A stretch of 64,000 bases of DNA from an uncultured Succiniclasticum sp. (lineage in GTDB: Bacteria; Bacillota; Negativicutes; Acidaminococcales; Acidaminococcaceae). Below the pieces are notes generated by a model. It made no database searches. It was not told the DNA's origin and saw nothing but the letters and a program-made list of their open reading frames with translations. Positions within the stretch are counted from its first letter, which is position 1, and each line of letters begins with the position of its first letter. A program made the position numbers and the translations under genes. The stretch lies in contig CAJOKZ010000021.1 of the NCBI GenBank assembly GCA_905235335.1, positions 23,622 to 87,621 of the forward strand, written 5' to 3'. Below, piece after piece: positions 59,622 to 64,000 of this stretch.

Positions 59622-59809
59622 TGAAATGGCCCCCTGTATAAATAGTTACAGCATTGTATGCCCGCCACGCCCTGCAACAGGCTCTGTTTTGCAGGATCCC
59701 GATCCTGCTCTAAAAAAACGACTCTGTATTCGAGATGCAGGACATCCCTGCGTTTGATAAAGCATTGAACTGAACTGAAAATCGCCGTTCAGTCAAGTTT
59801 CTCTGAATT

Positions 59810-60214
59810 TCACTCAAATGCCTGATATATCCCTTCCGCACGCCTTTTCGTTGCGGTTTTTGAGATATATGTTCCCTCCGCCACCGAAAATCCCCGGCGT
59901 TCAATCGTTCTTTTGAGGTAATTCTTAAACGGACAAGGCAGACGATGATGGTTTTCCGTGCAAATACAGGTTGCGAGATGGACTGCCACATCCTCTTTTC
60001 TCTCACCATTGGAAATCAGTTTCTTTTCAAGGTTTTCTATCTTTACATCAATTCCTGCCCCGCAACAGCCACCGCAGCCGATGGCCATATATCGCGCTCC
60101 TTCGGGATACCCTTCCATCTTTCCGCTTCGCTGGGTAAAAGCTTTCATGCAGTTATATCCGGAACAACGCCTTGTCACCAGTTCGCACTGGACGATCACA
60201 ATCAATTTTGACAT
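59810..60214 (-). CDS. CGGC domain-containing protein
   Basis: 134 aa with the IGCGGCCGAG motif and further Cys pairs (RRCSGYNC, CICTENHHRLPC). Confidence 0.75.
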   Translation of the reverse strand: MSKLIVIVQCELVTRRCSGYNCMKAFTQRSGKMEGYPEGARYMAIGCGGCCGAGIDVKIENLEKKLISNGERKEDVAVHLATCICTENHHRLPCPFKNYLKRTIERRGFSVAEGTYISKTATKRRAEGIYQAFE

Positions 60215-60338
60215 ACGAATCCTCCCATTACCCCAAGCTCTCTTGATGCCTCTGCATCAGCACTAATAATTTCAAAATAAGTTCCAGAAGAATACTCTCT
60301 TCTGACCGAAAATATAAATTGTAAAAACAGCCTGTCCA

Positions 60339-61184
60339 TCAATACGGTTTATATTCAAATCGGGTACCTGCCAAATCAGTCACATTCATAACCGCGTGGG
60401 GTTCGCTGAACAGATAACGTTCCTTTACCCGGAACACCCGGCCGTCTTCCAGTAGCAGGTCCGTATCTTCTCTCCCGCTGCACCGCAACCGGGTAAAGAC
60501 GCTGCCCGCCGGAAGGATAACTTCAGTGCATTCCTCTTCTTTCGCATCTTTTGAAGCAAAAAGAAGCACCTTGCAGTCTTTCATGGTAATAAATTTCTGC
60601 TTTGTGTCTTTTCTGCTGCAGTACCTGTACCCCTCCGAATCATTGGGTTCCGGGGCACCCAGTTTCCCAATATGACAGCGAATTTCTGCGGAAGCCGGGC
60701 CCAGTACATGTATTCCGATCCGCACCGGCAGGTTCTTAGGGTCTTTCGGTTCTTCGTAAAAATGAAGCATCGTATTGTCAGAACGAACTACATATTTTTC
60801 TCCAAGCTCAATAAAATTCAAATCGCCGTATTCATCGCCATATATGTACAGGTAATCCTTCCCATTGGCGTGGATCAGGTACGGAACCCTGTTATGAGCC
60901 CGAAGCATACCGGTTTCTCTGTCAATTTTATTCCAGATCAGATGCGATTTTCCGGATTCACCGGAAAGACTCTTTTTCAAAGTAAGGCAAAAAGGAAACG
61001 TTTCGTTTCTCTTTACGATCGTATAAGGCTGATTCGGTTTCAACTTCACGACAAATTCCTCCGGCTGGGATGCGTAATCAAACACGAGAGGCTTTTCCTT
61101 CGCACATCCTGTGACGCCGAAAAGAAAAAAGGCCAGCAGGCATACCGATAAAAAGCAACCCGAACGTTTTGAAACATGTTTCAT
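60339..61184 (-). CDS. hypothetical lipoprotein
   Basis: Signal peptide with the lipobox VTG|C. I do not recognise any domain in the 255-aa mature part. Confidence 0.6.
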   Translation of the reverse strand: MKHVSKRSGCFLSVCLLAFFLFGVTGCAKEKPLVFDYASQPEEFVVKLKPNQPYTIVKRNETFPFCLTLKKSLSGESGKSHLIWNKIDRETGMLRAHNRVPYLIHANGKDYLYIYGDEYGDLNFIELGEKYVVRSDNTMLHFYEEPKDPKNLPVRIGIHVLGPASAEIRCHIGKLGAPEPNDSEGYRYCSRKDTKQKFITMKDCKVLLFASKDAKEEECTEVILPAGSVFTRLRCSGREDTDLLLEDGRVFRVKERYLFSEPHAVMNVTDLAGTRFEYKPY

Positions 61185-61479
61185 CTACGTCTTCCTCCCT
61201 CTCTGCACAAAACATAATCCGTTTTTCACACCTGCCGGTTTTTACATTTACTTAAAGCCTTTGGTGATTATTATACCATAAATTCCGGTTTCATGTTTAT
61301 ATATGGAAATGCTGATCAAACGAGTTTTCCAATCACCGGAGCCAAATGATGAACAGGGTTATCTGCTACACCTTGCCGGTACGGGAATGTATCATCTGTG
61401 ACAATATTTTAAACTCAGGACCGCTTAACATAAAATTAATGAAAAATATTTTAATTTTTCACAAAAGAATCTAAGGATA

Positions 61480-61488
61480 TGTTATAAT
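61480..61488 (+). promoter_or_regulatory. candidate extended -10 element for the TAXI-TRAP operon
   Basis: TGTTATAAT (TGnTATAAT) lies about 70 nt upstream of the solute-receptor ATG. The -35 is weak (TTCACA with a 19-nt spacer). Confidence 0.35.
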
Positions 61489-61559
61489 TATCACAGCAAT
61501 ATGCTGTTCGTAGCATGAAATGCAAAAATCATAAGGATCTGAAAAGGGGGAAGAAAATC

Positions 61560-62597
61560 ATGTTGAAAAAATTTGTAAGCGCTGCGATGATCGCGGCCTT
61601 AGCGCTGAGCGTAGCGGCATGCGGCGGCGGAGACAAAAAAGCAGCCGCCCCGAAGGACGGTGCGAAACCTGCTGCCACAGCACCTGCGAAGGTTGACCGC
61701 AGTAAAGAATTCATCACCGTTCTGACCGGTCCTACCAGCGGCATTTATTTCCCAATCGGCGGTGCGTTCTCCAAGGTTGTGGGTGAAATGGGTTATAAGA
61801 CCAGCGCTACCGCTACCGGCGCTACCGGTGAAAACATCAATGCGATCCTGACCGGCAAAGGTGAACTTGCAATCGCCATGTCCGACTCAGTCATCCAGGC
61901 GGTAGAAGGCTTCGGCGCGTATGAAGGCAAACCCAAGGCTACCGACCTGCGGGCTATGATGGGCCTGTGGCCTAACGTGGTACAGATCGTTACTACCTCC
62001 GATTCCGGCATCAAATCCTTCAAAGATATTAAGGGTAAACGCGTCGGCGTAGGCGCACCCAACTCCGGCGTCGAACTGAATGCCCGTATGATCTTCGAAG
62101 CCAATGGCATGACCTACAAGGACGCCAAGGTTGACTACCTGTCCTACGGCGAAGCCATCGATCAGATGAAGAACGGTCAGTGTGATGTTGCGTTCGTAAC
62201 CTCCGGCCTGGGCAACGCCACCATTAAAGAACTGGGAACCACCAAGAAGATCGTATTCGTTCCGGTGGAAGGCGAAGCATTAAAGAACCTGACCAAAAAA
62301 TATCCATTCTATGTTGAATGGAAGATTCCGAAAGCTACCTACGGCACTGATGCAGACACCACCACCGCAGCGGTTATGAACATCATGCTGGTTTCCAAGA
62401 AGTTACCGGACGCTGTTGTTTATGACCTGCTGGATGGCTTCTACTCCGAAAAAGGTTTGGCTACCATCGGCGCATCTCATGCAACCGCAAAACGGGAGAT
62501 TAAACTGGACACCGCTCTGCGCGGCCTGAAAGGTACCTCTGTGCAGCTGCATCCGGGCGCAGAAAAATTCTATAAGGATAAAGGCATCCTGAAATAA
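61560..62597 (+). CDS. TAXI-family TRAP transporter solute-binding lipoprotein
   Basis: Lipobox VAA|C followed by LTGPTSGIYFPIGGAF.., RVGVGAPNSG and LHPGAEKFYKDKG, typical of TAXI (NMT1_3/ImmA-like) receptors. Confidence 0.88.
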   Translation: MLKKFVSAAMIAALALSVAACGGGDKKAAAPKDGAKPAATAPAKVDRSKEFITVLTGPTSGIYFPIGGAFSKVVGEMGYKTSATATGATGENINAILTGKGELAIAMSDSVIQAVEGFGAYEGKPKATDLRAMMGLWPNVVQIVTTSDSGIKSFKDIKGKRVGVGAPNSGVELNARMIFEANGMTYKDAKVDYLSYGEAIDQMKNGQCDVAFVTSGLGNATIKELGTTKKIVFVPVEGEALKNLTKKYPFYVEWKIPKATYGTDADTTTAAVMNIMLVSKKLPDAVVYDLLDGFYSEKGLATIGASHATAKREIKLDTALRGLKGTSVQLHPGAEKFYKDKGILK

Positions 62598-62717
62598 ATT
62601 GCGCAAAAATCAAAGCGTTGCAGAATGATTATTTGACGACATCTCATTAAACCTTTTGTCGAAATTCTTCCATATTGTCGGCATCGCCTGCAATACTGCA
62701 ACGGAAAAGGCATTAAA

Positions 62718-63221
62718 ATGAAGAAGAAATACATCAAATATATTGCCGTATTTTTTCTTGTTCTCGCCTCTTTGTTTGTGTTCAATGAGTATTCGGCGCA
62801 GACTGTACTCCGAATATATGATTATCAGACGAAAGAAATTTATGTTGAAGTTCCGGCCAAAGAAGGCGATACGCTTTTCTTTGGCTGGATTCATTCATGG
62901 GAGAAAATCCCCTGGCATGAATATTACCATATCGACGGCAACCACGACCTGATTTTGGACACAATCGCCTTTCCCGCGTTCGGCGCGGGAATCCCGGAGA
63001 ACAAGGGAACTAAGGTCTGGATCGATAATGGCATGATCCATATGGGTAATATCAATCAGGTATTCCATGAGTTTACCTGGATCAATTCACATTTTGCCAC
63101 CCGTGACATCAAGCTCAACGGTCAGCTGATCGCCCGTGGGGAAACACTTCCTGAACATACCCGTGTTAATCTGGCAATCGTGAAAAGGAGATTTTTCGAT
63201 GGAAGAAAAAAACATTCCTAA
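62718..63221 (+). CDS. DUF1850 domain-containing protein
   Basis: N-terminal anchor plus FGWIHSWEKIPWHEYY..AFPAFGAGIP. This is the usual position between a TAXI receptor and its fused permease. Confidence 0.7.
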   Translation: MKKKYIKYIAVFFLVLASLFVFNEYSAQTVLRIYDYQTKEIYVEVPAKEGDTLFFGWIHSWEKIPWHEYYHIDGNHDLILDTIAFPAFGAGIPENKGTKVWIDNGMIHMGNINQVFHEFTWINSHFATRDIKLNGQLIARGETLPEHTRVNLAIVKRRFFDGRKKHS

Positions 63222-64000
63222 CACAAATGAAAATGAACTATTAGACACAAAAGCCCAAAAGGAGTTGGAAGCGAAGTCTGCAGAAATCGTGAAGAAGTTG
63301 GATAAGGAATCGGCTACCCGTAAGTTTACGGGTAAAATGCAGCAGTTCTTTTACATCTTCTGTCTGCTGGTTTCCGGTTATCATCTATATACGGCAGCCT
63401 TCGGTCCGCCGGTGACGCTGGTACATCGATCCCTGCATGTAGCGATGATTACCGCCATGGGCTTTTTAATGTATCCCTTCGGGAAAAGTTCAGATCATTC
63501 CAAGCCATCCATCCTCGACTGGTTGCTGGCCTTACTGTGCTTTACTGTCCCCTTCTACATCTGGAACGATTATCTGGGCGTGGTGGAACGGGCCGGCAAT
63601 CCCAGTCAGTCAGACCTTATCATGGCAACCATGTTGGTGGTACTGGTATTGGAATGTTCCCGCCGTGTAACCGGCAATGCGCTGACCATTCTTTCATTAG
63701 TCTTTATCGTCTATGGACTGTTCGGCAGAGAATTCCCCGGCATGTTCATGCACCGCGGATATGACTGGCTTTCCCTGTCCAACCATTTCTTTGCCAACAC
63801 GGAAGGCATCTATGGTACATCCGTCAGTGTAGCAGCCAGTTACATCTTCCTCTTCATCTTGTTCGGCACGGTCATGCATAAATGCGGCATGGGCCAGTTC
63901 TTCAACGACATTGCCTTAGCGCTGGCCGGCCATACCAAGGGAGGACCTGCAAAAGTCGCTGTCATCGCCTCCGGGTTTCTTGGCTCCATCAACGGTTCTG
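63199..64000 (+). CDS. TRAP transporter fused permease (TAXI-type DctQM), 5' part; continues beyond the window
   Basis: The ATG at 63199 follows AAAAGGAG. The open frame reads MEEKNIPN..FYIFCLLVSGYHLYTAAFGPPVTLVHRSLHVAMI..GGPAKVAVIASGFLGSINGS to the window edge. It is absent from the ORF track because it has no stop in the window. Confidence 0.85.
   Translation, partial: MEEKNIPNTNENELLDTKAQKELEAKSAEIVKKLDKESATRKFTGKMQQFFYIFCLLVSGYHLYTAAFGPPVTLVHRSLHVAMITAMGFLMYPFGKSSDHSKPSILDWLLALLCFTVPFYIWNDYLGVVERAGNPSQSDLIMATMLVVLVLECSRRVTGNALTILSLVFIVYGLFGREFPGMFMHRGYDWLSLSNHFFANTEGIYGTSVSVAASYIFLFILFGTVMHKCGMGQFFNDIALALAGHTKGGPAKVAVIASGFLGSINGS

Noticed and set aside
59622-59809. Known riboswitch in the symporter leader
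   Set aside because: Hairpins are present, but I recognise no conserved core of any described class (FMN, TPP, SAM, glycine, lysine, purine, c-di-AMP and others). I kept it only as a note under the cluster finding.
1-64000. CRISPR arrays, tRNA/rRNA genes, IS elements, toxin-antitoxin or defence-system genes
   Set aside because: I scanned intergenic regions and the ORF translations. I found no spaced direct repeats, no cloverleaf-like tRNA sequences, no transposase/integrase other than xerC, and no recognisable defence domains.

Overview
This is a 64-kb chromosomal window with 54 protein-coding genes, 44 of them on the minus strand. I found no rRNA, tRNA, CRISPR array, IS element or prophage.

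The content is mostly housekeeping genes in Firmicute-type synteny:
- xth-uvrB
- dprA-topA-trmFO-xerC-codY
- recA-recX-rny
- the ribDE(BA)H operon behind an FMN riboswitch
- the long conserved string priA-def-fmt-DUF116-rsmB-rlmN-stp-pknB-rsgA-rpe

A secretin gene and an RND/MFP efflux operon imply an outer membrane. My best guess is therefore a diderm Firmicute (Negativicutes-like). This is inference and was not checked against any database.

I do not see a clear-cut novel system such as a defence island. The observations most worth a second look are:
1. Two DNA-repair genes with broken reading frames. uvrB has a short deletion that is not in a homopolymer. recG has a +1 shift in an A6/T6 run.
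2. A compact cluster that looks like a DNA-uptake or type IV pilus core: EndA-like nuclease, DUF937, PilT, a short PilB/ComGA-like ATPase, and divergently a PilP-like lipoprotein plus a secretin. No pilin or platform genes occur in the window.
3. A same-strand cluster of unknown function: lipoprotein, CGGC-domain protein, Na+/solute symporter, CapA.
4. Several cleanly readable regulatory sites: a consensus recA promoter with a Cheo/LexA-like box in its spacer, a near-consensus CodY box upstream of xerC-codY, and a perfect 16-bp palindrome at the tetR-RND promoter.

All product calls come from motif and family recognition in the supplied translations. No searches were run.
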